From Mycoplasma mobile 163K (GTDB lineage Bacteria > Bacillota_I > Bacilli_A > Mycoplasmatales > Metamycoplasmataceae), in NCBI RefSeq assembly GCF_000008365.1, contig NC_006908.1:30001-62000 (forward strand): a DNA stretch of 32,000 nt, given 5' to 3'. The notes beneath the pieces are model-generated. The model searched no databases. It worked only from the letters and a program-made list of their open reading frames with translations, and was not told the DNA's origin. How positions within the stretch are numbered: the stretch's first letter is position 1; every line of letters starts with the position of its first letter. The position numbers and the translations under genes were made by a program. Below, piece after piece: positions 9,617 to 19,645 of the stretch.

Positions 9617-12600
9617 TTTCAAGAATACATAAGAATGATACTACACCAAAACTGTTTGAAAAAGTGGAGTTGTTTGTCTAATGTTTAAGAATACATAAGA
9701 ATGATACTACACCAAAACATTTATCTTGCAATGCTTGGAGTAAAATTAGTTTAAGAATACGTAAGAATGAAACTACACCAAAACATTTATCTTGCAATGC
9801 TTGGAGTAAAATTAGTTTAAGAATACATAAGAATGAAACTACACCAAAACATATAAAAAATTTTATTTCCGAAAGTGAATGTTTAAGAATACATAAGAAT
9901 GATACTACACCAAAACTGAATCTCTTCTTCGTTTAATGTATCACGTGTTTAAGAATACATAAGAATGATACTACACCAAAACATGTTTTAGAATATGATA
10001 TTAATTTTAAAAGTTTAAGAATACATAAGAATGATACTACACCAAAACTATTAAGTGTAGATAAAAAATTATCTTTAAGTTTAAGAATACATAAGAATGA
10101 TACTACACCAAAACAATTACTACATAATGGAAAATCAAATCAAAGTTTAAGAATACATAAGAATGATACTACACCAAAACATATAAAAAATTTTATTTCC
10201 GAAAGTGAATGTTTAAGAATACATAAGAATGATACTACACCAAAACTGTAGGTTATACAGTTGCTTTAAATACTTAGTTTAAGAATACATAAGAATGATA
10301 CTACACCAAAACCAATGCAGCACTATTTAGAAAATGATTTAAGTTTAAGAATACATAAGAATGATACTACACCAAAACCAGACCAGCCTTATTATAAAAG
10401 TGAAATTTGTTTAAGAATACATAAGAATGATACTACACCAAAACTTTAATTTTGCGCTATCTTTAATTTTTTTAGTTTAAGAATACATAAGAATGATACT
10501 ACACCAAAACAAAAGAAGAATGAGATTTTTTACTAAATGAGTTTAAGAATACATAAGAATGATACTACACCAAAATCATATATCTCCTTTTATTGAGAGT
10601 TGTTTTGTTTAAGAATACATAAGAATGATACTACACCAAAACCTGCAGGACAAATAACTTTAAGAAATACAGTTTAAGAATACATAAGAATGATACTACA
10701 CCAAAACTTTAAGAAACATAGAAAATAATCAATATGAGTTTAAGAATACATAAGAATGATACTACACCAAAACTACAAAGACCAGAACTAATAGGAGCAT
10801 TTTGTTTAAGAATACATAAGAATGATACTACACCAAAACTGACGAAACTCATTCATATCAATACCTTTTGTTTAAGAATACATAAGAATGATACTACACC
10901 AAAACGCATAACTTAATTTGTATTTATAAGGTCGTGTTTAAGAATACATAAGAATGATACTACACCAAAACAGTGGAGGTTTTAGACAATGAAGTAGATA
11001 AGTTTAAGAATACATAAGAATGATACTACACCAAAACGATTAGTAGATAACGTAATTAAAGTAGTAAGTTTAAGAATACATAAGAATGATACTACACCAA
11101 AACGACCTTAATGTGCTAACAAATGGACAAATTGTTTAAGAATACATAAGAATGATACTACACCAAAACACATTAAACAAATCTAAATTTGCATTTAAAG
11201 TTTAAGAATACATAAGAATGATACTACACCAAAACCGAATTAAATGCAGAAGTTATTGCAATTAAGTTTAAGAATACATAAGAATGATACTACACCAAAA
11301 CGAGTTTCTGACTTTGAGACTATAACAGCGAGTTTAAGAATACATAAGAATGATACTACACCAAAACTGAAACAAGTCCAGTCGATAAAGGAAATGAGTT
11401 TAAGAATACATAAGAATGATACTACACCAAAACCTTCACCATGATAATATTTTGCTAATTCTAGTTTAAGAATACATAAGAATGATACTACACCAAAACT
11501 CATTGTATAATCTTTTTTTCAATTTGTATGTTTAAGAATACATAAGAATGATACTACACCAAAACCAGATCAACCTTATTATAAAAGTGAAATTTGTTTA
11601 AGAATACATAAGAATGATACTACACCAAAACTAGAATAGGTTAAACCCAGTCTGCTTAATAGTTTAAGAATACATAAGAATGATACTACACCAAAACCCC
11701 ACAATTTATTACAAGAAATAATAAACAGTTTAAGAATACATAAGAATGATACTACACCAAAACATATATTATTATACTATCAAAATAATACATGTTTAAG
11801 AATACATAAGAATGATACTACACCAAAACAATATTAGAGCAGTAAAATTAAGTATTTATGTTTAAGAATACATAAGAATGATACTACACCAAAACAGTAT
11901 TAACTCCTGTAATTCTAATTAAATGGTTTAAGAATACATAAGAATGATACTACACCAAAACAAGAGCAATTGATTTAAGAATTTTCCAACCGTTTAAGAA
12001 TACATAAGAATGATACTACACCAAAACATGCACACACTGACACCATAATATAAAAATGTTTAAGAATACATAAGAATGATACTACACCAAAACCTTCACC
12101 GTGATAATAAGACGTTAATTCGAGTTTAAGAATACATAAGAATGATACTACACCAAAACAATATCTTCTCTTGTTGTATATCATTCGTCGTTTAAGAATA
12201 CATAAGAATGATACTACACCAAAACATATTATAGTTAGTAGTTTCTTCTTTATTCGTTTAAGAATACATAAGAATGATACTACACCAAAACAGAGTGATT
12301 ATACGCTCACTTCAAAATTAAGTTTAAGAATACATAAGAATGATACTACACCAAAACGAATGATAATAACTATATCTGCTTTTTGCTGTTTAAGAATACA
12401 TAAGAATGATACTACACCAAAACTTATATGCGCCTGCTTTTCCATGGAAAAAGGTTTAAGAATACATAAGAATGATACTACACCAAAACATGGTATCAGG
12501 TGATAGTAAAATAGTAGAAGTTTAAGAATACATAAGAATGATACTACACCAAAACTACTGGATTTGAATTAAATTTTGATGACGGGTTTAAGAATACATA

Positions 12601-13743
12601 AGAATGATACTACACCAAAACCAATGCAACACTATTTGGAAAATGATTTAAGTTTAAGAATACATAAGAATGATACTACACCAAAACGGTAATGATTCAG
12701 GCTCTATTTGATAGATTGTTTAAGAATACATAAGAATGATACTACACCAAAACAGACTCAAGCACCAATAGATTCAGTATTAAGTTTAAGAATACATAAG
12801 AATGATACTACACCAAAACTAAAAGAAAGAGAGTTATACTCTCTTTCTTGTTTAAGAATACATAAGAATGATACTACACCAAAACGCTGACTGTTCTTTG
12901 TTGTTTGTTTCATTTGTTTAAGAATACATAAGAATGATACTACACCAAAACATTCTGCCCAACTAATAAATCAAAAAAATAGTTTAAGAATACATAAGAA
13001 TGATACTACACCAAAACTGTCTGTATCTAAATAATAAACATTTTTTCGTTTAAGAATACATAAGAATGATACTACACCAAAACGCACTGTCTGCAAGCTT
13101 TGCTTATGTAGCTGTTTAAGAATACATAAGAATGATACTACACCAAAACTCACGAAGTTTTATGAAAAGAAATTGAAAAGTTTAAGAATACATAAGAATG
13201 ATACTACACCAAAACCTAATTTATCAAATGAAATTGTTAATTTATGTTTAAGAATACATAAGAATGATACTACACCAAAACCCTACGCTTGCAACTTTTA
13301 AATTCGTCATAGTTTAAGAATACATAAGAATGATACTACACCAAAACATAGGTCAGATTTTTTCTAATGCACCCTTTGTTTAAGAATACATAAGAATGAT
13401 ACTACACCAAAACTGATTATATAAGAGAGCACCAAAATGCTTAGTTTAAGAATACATAAGAATGATACTACACCAAAACATATATTATTTTAATGGTAAT
13501 TTAATACATGTTTAAGAATACATAAGAATGATACTACACCAAAACACAAAATTGTAAATAATAAATTATTACTTGGTTTAAGAATACATAAGAATGATAC
13601 TACACCAAAACTGAAACATCATTTATATTATCTGAACAAGAGTTTAAGAATACATAAGAATGATACTACACCAAAACTCTAAACTTATCAGCAAACCACA
13701 TTTATCAGTTTAAGAATACATAAGAATGATACTACACCAAAAC
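9617..13743 (-). CRISPR. Type II-A CRISPR array, 63 repeats of 36 bp and 62 spacers
   Basis: Plus-strand repeat is GTTTAAGAATACATAAGAATGATACTACACCAAAAC. On the transcribed strand it is GTTTTGGTGTAGTATCATTCTTATGTATTCTTAAAC. Period is 66 bp throughout except for one 29-nt spacer at 10643..10671. Degenerate repeats cluster at the low-coordinate end: 9617..9652 starts tttc instead of gttt, 9749..9784 has 2 SNPs, 9815..9850 has 1 SNP, and 10541..10576 ends in T. This marks 9617 as the trailer end and 13743 as the leader end next to csn2. Confidence 0.99.
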
Positions 13744-13761
13744 CTCAAATTTCAAAAAATT
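13744..13761 (-). promoter_or_regulatory. CRISPR leader remnant (18 nt between the csn2 stop and the first repeat) ending in ATTTGAG
   Basis: Minus strand reads TAG(csn2 stop)-AATTTTTTGAAATTTGAG-GTTTTGGTGTAG(repeat 1). From memory, ATTTGAG abutting the first repeat is the conserved leader-end motif of one group of type II-A loci. Confidence 0.5.
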
Positions 13762-14445
13762 CTAAATTTTTTCCAAAAATTTATTTATCAAAAATGAATC
13801 AAAGCTTTCTTCACCTTTTAAATAATTATTGATTTTTTCAACCGTTATTAAAGTTTTAGTTCCTGATTCTAAATAATTTATCAATTTTTCTTTGTCAAAA
13901 ATTTCAACAATTTCTTTTTTATTTGCAAAAACAAGTTGCTCAATATTTTCAAAAGATAAATTGTATGCAAGTTTATCAATTAAATAAATAATATTTAATT
14001 TATTAAAAATGAATTCACTAAAATTTTTTAGTTTTATTCCATAGATTAAAATACTAATTGTTTCGTTAGAATATTTATCAATTATTTTTAAAATATTTAA
14101 AATATTTATTTCATTAATTAGTAAATCTTTATCGATTTCTAAAAATGATTTGGTATTTTTTTCTAAATCTAAATTTGTAGAAACAAATTCAAACCCTAAT
14201 TTTTGATTTATATCATTTGACATTTCATTAATTTTTTCATGCGAAATGAGATTTAGAAAATTAATACTATATTCGTCCATAAAAAAATTATTAAAAAAGC
14301 TTTTAGATTTAAAATTAAGAATTTCAGAAACTTTTGAAAAAGGATTAATAATTAAAAAATCATTTATATTTTCTAAATTTAATAAAAATTCAAAATAATT
14401 ATTAGTATAAATAATTTTATTTTCTGCAAAATTAATTTTCATCAT
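13762..14445 (-). CDS. csn2: Csn2 (type II-A signature protein), 227 aa
   Basis: Position directly after cas2 and before the array; size ~220 aa; N-terminus MMKINFAENKIIYTN resembles canonical short Csn2 proteins. Start overlaps cas2 by 14 nt. Stop is TAG at 13762..13764. Assignment rests mainly on context and size. Confidence 0.8.
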   Translation of the reverse strand: MMKINFAENKIIYTNNYFEFLLNLENINDFLIINPFSKVSEILNFKSKSFFNNFFMDEYSINFLNLISHEKINEMSNDINQKLGFEFVSTNLDLEKNTKSFLEIDKDLLINEINILNILKIIDKYSNETISILIYGIKLKNFSEFIFNKLNIIYLIDKLAYNLSFENIEQLVFANKKEIVEIFDKEKLINYLESGTKTLITVEKINNYLKGEESFDSFLINKFLEKI

Positions 14446-14773
14446 GATTAATTTTTATAAATCTTTCGTTAGAATTTATACTTTCATTTATTTTTCTATT
14501 TCCTCTTAAAATTTTCATATCTAAAAACTCTCTATCTGTAATTTTTAAAATTCTAACATGGCCATTAGAAGGCAATTTTTTTTCTACTAATTTTACAAAA
14601 GAATCAGCTTTGGAATTAGTATTAGCAACTCTATAATAAACAGAATATTGCATCATTATAAAACCTAAACTTTGAATATACCGATGGAATTTATTATACT
14701 CTTTTAATTCATTTTCTTCTTTCATATTAAAATCATACATCAAAATTAATCTCACAATTCTACTCATTCTCAA
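14432..14773 (-). CDS. cas2: Cas2
   Basis: The sequence (M)RMSRIVRLILMYDFNMKEENELKEYNKFHRYIQSLGFIMMQYSVYYRV matches the type II Cas2 pattern (compare S. pyogenes MRMILMFDMP...KFRKFLLSEGFIMHQFSVY). The track start at 14773 is TTG. The first ATG is at 14767 and may be the real start. Stop is TAA at 14432..14434. Confidence 0.9.
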   Translation of the reverse strand: MRMSRIVRLILMYDFNMKEENELKEYNKFHRYIQSLGFIMMQYSVYYRVANTNSKADSFVKLVEKKLPSNGHVRILKITDREFLDMKILRGNRKINESINSNERFIKINHDEN

Positions 14774-15648
14774 CTTCTTTTATTTACTAAATTATCTGCT
14801 ATTTGATCAAATGTATCATTTACATAAAAATACTTTCCTTTATAGATTACTTTTTTATTTAAAACATTTATTAATTCATCTTTTATTTTTACATCAAAAA
14901 ATGTTTCATCTTTATGTAAATATGCAATTTCATCTACTAGAGGTCTAAAAATTTCAATCAAATCACTTGCAAGGGCAAAGAAATTAGAAAAAGATTTATG
15001 AAATATACTAAATCTAGGATCTAAACCTTTTTTAATAATTGATTGGATTGCAGAAGATCTTAAAATAGAATAACCATAATTTAAAATTGCATTAACAATT
15101 TCAAATTTATCAAATTTTAATTTTGTTGCTGAATTATTTCTTATAAATTCTTTTGAATATGTCATATTTCAATAGACTTTTGCTGCATGACCTTCTCGAT
15201 TTGAAATGTCAAACAAATTCACATTATTAATTAAATCATCAAAATATTCAATTCCAAATTCAGAGTTATTAAATAATTTATTTTTAATTAATAAATTCTT
15301 TTGATTATGAATTTTATTTTTAATAATATCTTTTCATAAAATTGCTTTATATTCTTTAGTTCATTTTACTTGTTCTGCTACAACTTTTAAAGAATTGTGA
15401 TTTCCTTCAATTGGAATTAAATAAGAATTAGGCTCATTTTTTTCATTCATAAAAATAATATTGACATTATTTTTAGCTAAAAATGTTAAAAGTCTTATTG
15501 AAATTGTTGAATATTGATTATTAAATAAAATAGTATCTATATCTCTAATGTTTAAAAGAATTTTTTCATTTTTTCTTTTTATATACAAATTATTTAAATA
15601 TAAGTGAACATATTCATCTGTATTAATTTCTACAATTTTTCAACCCAT
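14746..15648 (-). CDS. cas1: Cas1 (300 aa under table 4)
   Basis: ATG at 15648 (MGWKIVEINTDEYVHLYLNNLYIKRKNEKILL). Track ORFs 15361..15588 and 14770..15165 are in frame and are bridged by 65 stop-free codons that include NREGHAAKVYW. Downstream motifs are NAILNYGYSILRS and ALASDLIEIFRPLVD. The apparent stop at 14770..14772 is TGA, so the ORF continues (WEWVELWD) to TAA at 14746..14748. Confidence 0.9.
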
Positions 15649-15651
15649 AAA

Positions 15652-18600
15652 TTATTTTTTAAATATTTCTCCCATATAAGTTAAATTAACTTTTTTCCAA
15701 TTTGGAAAATACTTTTTGACAGGTTTCTGAATTTGTTTTTGATCTTTTATTTTTTTTCCTAAAATGTATTTTATTTCCAATTTTTGAGGTTTTTCATCTC
15801 TTCCAACAATATAAAACAATTCTTTTTCTTCATTTTCAAACAAATCTCCTTTATTAATTTTTAAAATAGGTTCTTCATTTATAATTTGCAATTTTTCTTT
15901 TTGAGTTTTTAATTTTTCATAATTTATTTTTATTTCATCCTTTTCAAATTTTGAGTTTCTTGCATCAATTGAGATGAAACAATATTGATCTTTTTGATTT
16001 TTATACACTCAAATTTGAACTCAATATAAAGTATTGTGAAACGAAAAATTTTGTCTTTGATCAATTTTTAAAAAATTGCTTTGAGAGAAAATTATTTCAT
16101 CAGTTTCCTTTTCTTCACTAGAAAATTTAATGTATCTAATTTTTCTGATAATTTTGAAATCATTATCAAGAATAGGAACCCATTCATTAAAGGAAATTTT
16201 TCCTTCTTGAAGTTTTTTATTTACAAAATATTTGAAGTAATTTTTTTCATTTAGATTTTTATTTTTAATTTCAATTTTCACTTCATTTCAAATGATTTTA
16301 AGAGTTTCATACAAGTTTTTATCATGATTAAAAATATGTAATTTAGTTAGTTCATTCTCCTTTAATTTGTCTTCGTCAAAAAACTCTTCAATTTTTTTAA
16401 TTTTATCTGTTCTATTGTCTAATAAATTCAACTTTTCAACTTTTTTTATCGTATTTTTCCCCTTATCATATTTACCTGAGTAAAGAGTTTCATTAAATAA
16501 TTGAGTATTTTTCTTTGTAATAACCATTCTACTAAATCTCATCTGATTTAGCTTTTCATTTAATTCATCCAAAGCATTAATTAATAGAAAATTGTCAAAA
16601 CTAGCTTTTTCTTTAAATTTAATATTATTTTTTTCAAGATCATCTAATTCTCTTGTTTCTTTTCTATAATTAACATTTAATCTTTCAATTCTTTTAAAAC
16701 TTCTAAAATATTGGCTAATTATTGTTATAAAATAAGCATCTTCAGCATGATGTCCGTTAAAACTTCTATCCTTAATAAGAACATCATCTTTTACATCATT
16801 TTTTCCTTCTTCTCTTATTAAGAAGTCATTACTATTAATACTTTTAAATCCTTCAGGTCTTTTTCATTCTCTTTCGGTTTCTTTATTATTTTTTATACCA
16901 ACAAAAGCAATTTGATTTCTCAAATTAGATGTTTGCTTTCCATTTACAGAAACCACAGAATATTTATATTTTGAATTTGAAAAAGTTAAGTGATTTACAA
17001 GAGCATTTGTAATGTAGCTTGTATCACTTAAATTTCTATTAATAAAATCACTATTATCAAATTCATCTAAATTATCAATTGTATATAATTTTATAAATTT
17101 ACCTTTATCATTAAAAGCCTTGCCATTAGCATTTCTTAAATATCAATTTCCTCAATTTTCTTTTGCTTCTTTTAATTTTTCTATTCCATATATTTTTTCA
17201 ATAAATTGCTTTGCGCTTAAATCATTTGATTTTTTAGCATTATCTAATTTATTAACAATAACAAGATTTGAAAAAGAATCATCAAAAGATATACTTCTTG
17301 GAACAATATGATCAATATCATAATTTCAAGGTTTGTTTATAACATCATTAGCTTCAATTTTTCTTAACGAATATGCATCATATCCTTGTTGTTGCCTTAA
17401 TAATCACAATTTTTTTAACAAAGTTGTATTTTCATTTGGTAAATCATAAACTTTTTTTAGTTCTTCGTATTTTTCTTTTCTATATTTATTTATTCCTTCA
17501 ATTTTTTTTCTTTCGTGTTTATTATTTGAACTTCTTGTTACTTCAACAACAATTTTTTCAATTTCTAAATTATTTTTTTCGCTATACTTAAAAATTTCTT
17601 TTAGTAGATTCATTGTTTGTCTTAAAGATCTTTTTACAGTAGGAGAAGCAATAAGATCTTCTACTCAAGTTTTTTCAAATAAATTTGAATGAGAAAAATT
17701 ATTTTTCTGGTTTTGTAATGCTTTTTCTTCATATGAAATTGTTGAATAATTTTTAGATCCCTCAGAAATTAAATTTGGTATGAATTTATAATAAGCTCCA
17801 AAACTTAAAGAAGAAGTTCCACTAAATTCTCTTAATTTAGCAATTTCACTATATATTTCTGAAGATTTAACATCTTTTTTCAAATTAGAAAATTCAAAAT
17901 ACCCTTCTAAAATTCTTATTCTATCTTGTATTGTTGAAAATTTATTCAGGATATTTGAAATAGCATCAAAAATATGCAATACGTTGTTATTTTGATTTAT
18001 TTCATAACTTCCTTTTTCATTAGGAACAAATAATTTTTCAGATTGTTGTTTATAAAAACTCATTAATTTACTTAAATCATTTTCATTAGAAATTAAATAA
18101 TTTTCAAAATTTATTAAATGCTTTTTAAAAATAGTTGTCAAGCTGTGGTAAGCATTAATAATAGGTAAATTAATTTTATTATCATCTTTATTGTAAGCAA
18201 TTTCTGATAAGTTTTCAAATTTAATATTTTCTTCTTTAAGTATTTTTTCAACTGCGGATTTTGAATCTTTATTTAGAAATCTAGACAGTAAAATTTTTCT
18301 TTTTAATCTTTCAGAAATATATTCATTTTTATGTTTTCAGTCTGTTAGTTTATTTGTTATATCAAAAACTTTAGCAGAAAAAGAATTTTTAGGCGCTCGA
18401 TATAATTTTTTATCATAAGAACATTTTCCTATTTTAGATTCCCATAAGGTTTTAAAAATTTTAGTATAAATTTTTTGTCCCTTTTCATTAATTATTAGTT
18501 CCGGATTACCATTTTCATTAGCATACAAACCGTATTTTGAAAAACTTTTTTCATTACCTGGTCCTTCTGAATAATTTCTAATTCTTGAAAAAAAACTTTT

Positions 18601-19332
18601 TTCTTCCATAGCAAATTTTTCATAATTCATAAAATCAATATTTTGCTTTTCAAAAACTTGTTTTATTTCTTTAAGATAATCTTGATGACCAAATTTTAAA
18701 TTAATAGTACTTCTAATTTTTCCTGAAATTTTATAAAATTCAATAATTTTGTCTATTGGAAATTCTGCATTTTTTATGCTTTCATTTTTGTCAAAAATCT
18801 CAATTTCATTCTTATTCATTTCTTTAGATTTTGTATCTTCTGGATTGTCAAAAAATGCTCCTCTTAAAGATAAATAAAAATATAGCAATACAATAAGTTC
18901 ACTTTTATCTAATTTATATTTTTCATTAATTGCAGCTTTTCTTAAATTGTGAAATCCAATTGGTAAATTTGTTACACTTTTATATTTTAATTCTAAATTT
19001 TTACTAAAAGGATTTATATATTTCTCAATAAAATTTCTTACAAGAATTTTAGGATTTTTATCAAATTCTAATTCAATAATATTGTTATCGATTAAATATT
19101 TAATAAAATCTCTTTTTCTTGTAAATAACCTTCTATTTCTTCGTCTTTGTCCACGTTTTTTTCTTCTTGTTTCATTTAATAACTTATCATCGCTATCATC
19201 CACTGTTTCGAATAACCTTACTCCATGTAAAATGATTGGAAACTTATTATCTTCTTTTTGTGAAATATCTGTGAGACATCAACCTACAGAAGCAATTCCT
19301 AAATCAAGCCCTAAAACAACTTTTTTATTCAA
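15652..19332 (-). CDS. cas9: Cas9, type II-A, 1226 aa
   Basis: Track ORFs 15652..16008, 16021..16281, 16288..16572, 17404..17613, 17665..18141 and 18337..19203 share one frame and are separated only by TGA. Motifs: RuvC-I NKKVVLGLDLGIASVGW; Arg-rich bridge helix RRKKRGQRRRNRRLFTRKRD; RuvC-II IVVEVTRS; HNH YDIDHIVPRS...NLVIVNKLDNAKKSN; RuvC-III NGHHAEDAYF. Start is TTG at 19332, with AAGGAG 6 nt upstream and no ATG before RuvC-I. Stop is TAA at 15652..15654. Confidence 0.95.
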
Positions 19333-19360
19333 TTTATTCTCCTTATTTTTGTAAAAGTAC

Positions 19361-19392
19361 AAAAAAAACTACTTATTTTGAAAATAAGTAGT
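19361..19392 (-). terminator. Rho-independent terminator of tracrRNA
   Basis: Arms CTACTTAT and ATAAGTAG can extend to 11 nt each. They are followed by eight T on the minus strand (plus-strand a8 at 19361..19368). Confidence 0.8.
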
Positions 19393-19469
19393 AGTTACGG
19401 CATAAAGCCTTTTTTTAGTGATGTATCATTCTTATGTATTCTTAACTGTACATCTGTATTTCGAAATAC
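19361..19469 (-). ncRNA. tracrRNA: tracrRNA (anti-repeat, nexus-like hairpin, terminator)
   Basis: Minus strand 19446..19413 reads GTTAAGAATACATAAGAATGATACATCACTAAAA. It pairs with the crRNA repeat with 21 contiguous bp, then 2 more bp, a 2x2 mismatch, GUG:CAC, and a U-rich/A-rich end. This is followed by AAGGCTTTATGCCGT (nexus-like GGC/GCC stem) and the hairpin CTACTTATTTTCAAAATAAGTAG plus T8. The 5' end is inferred from a TATAAT box, not measured. Confidence 0.85.
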
Positions 19470-19475
19470 ATAATA

Positions 19476-19481
19476 ATTATA
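19476..19481 (-). promoter_or_regulatory. Candidate -10 box (TATAAT) for tracrRNA
   Basis: Minus strand reads ttagttatgTATAATtattatgtatttcgaaataca. It lies ~30 nt upstream of the anti-repeat and predicts a start near 19469. Confidence 0.45.
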
Positions 19482-19645
19482 CATAACTAATAACATTTTT
19501 TAAAAAATTTATACTTATTTTTCAAAATTATACATTACTAATATAAATATCTAAATTTTTAGTCTTTTAAAATATGAAATCTTATTAATTGATTTAAATA
19601 ACGCTATTTAAAGTAAAATAAATTTACAAATAATTTGGAGTTGAA

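Noticed and set aside
10734-13153. Seven track ORFs on both strands inside the array (10734..10916, 11240..11503, 11244..11444, 11975..12184, 12171..12503, 12708..12890, 12971..13153). They encode periodic LRIHKNDTTPK or FGVVSFLCILK peptides.
   Set aside because: They are translations of the 36-bp CRISPR repeat, which happens to lack stops. The periodicity equals the repeat period. They are not genes.
9617-13743. Repeat-internal promoters, as in type II-C arrays (TGTAGTAT on the minus strand, TGATACTAC on the plus strand).
   Set aside because: These are only weak matches to an extended -10 box. The locus has csn2 and a II-A layout, where a leader promoter plus RNase III processing is expected.
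17120-19354. Plus-strand ORFs at 17120..17311, 17373..17591 and 19082..19354.
   Set aside because: They are antisense to cas9, consist of low-complexity Phe/Leu-rich sequence typical of A/T-rich antisense frames, and have no RBS.
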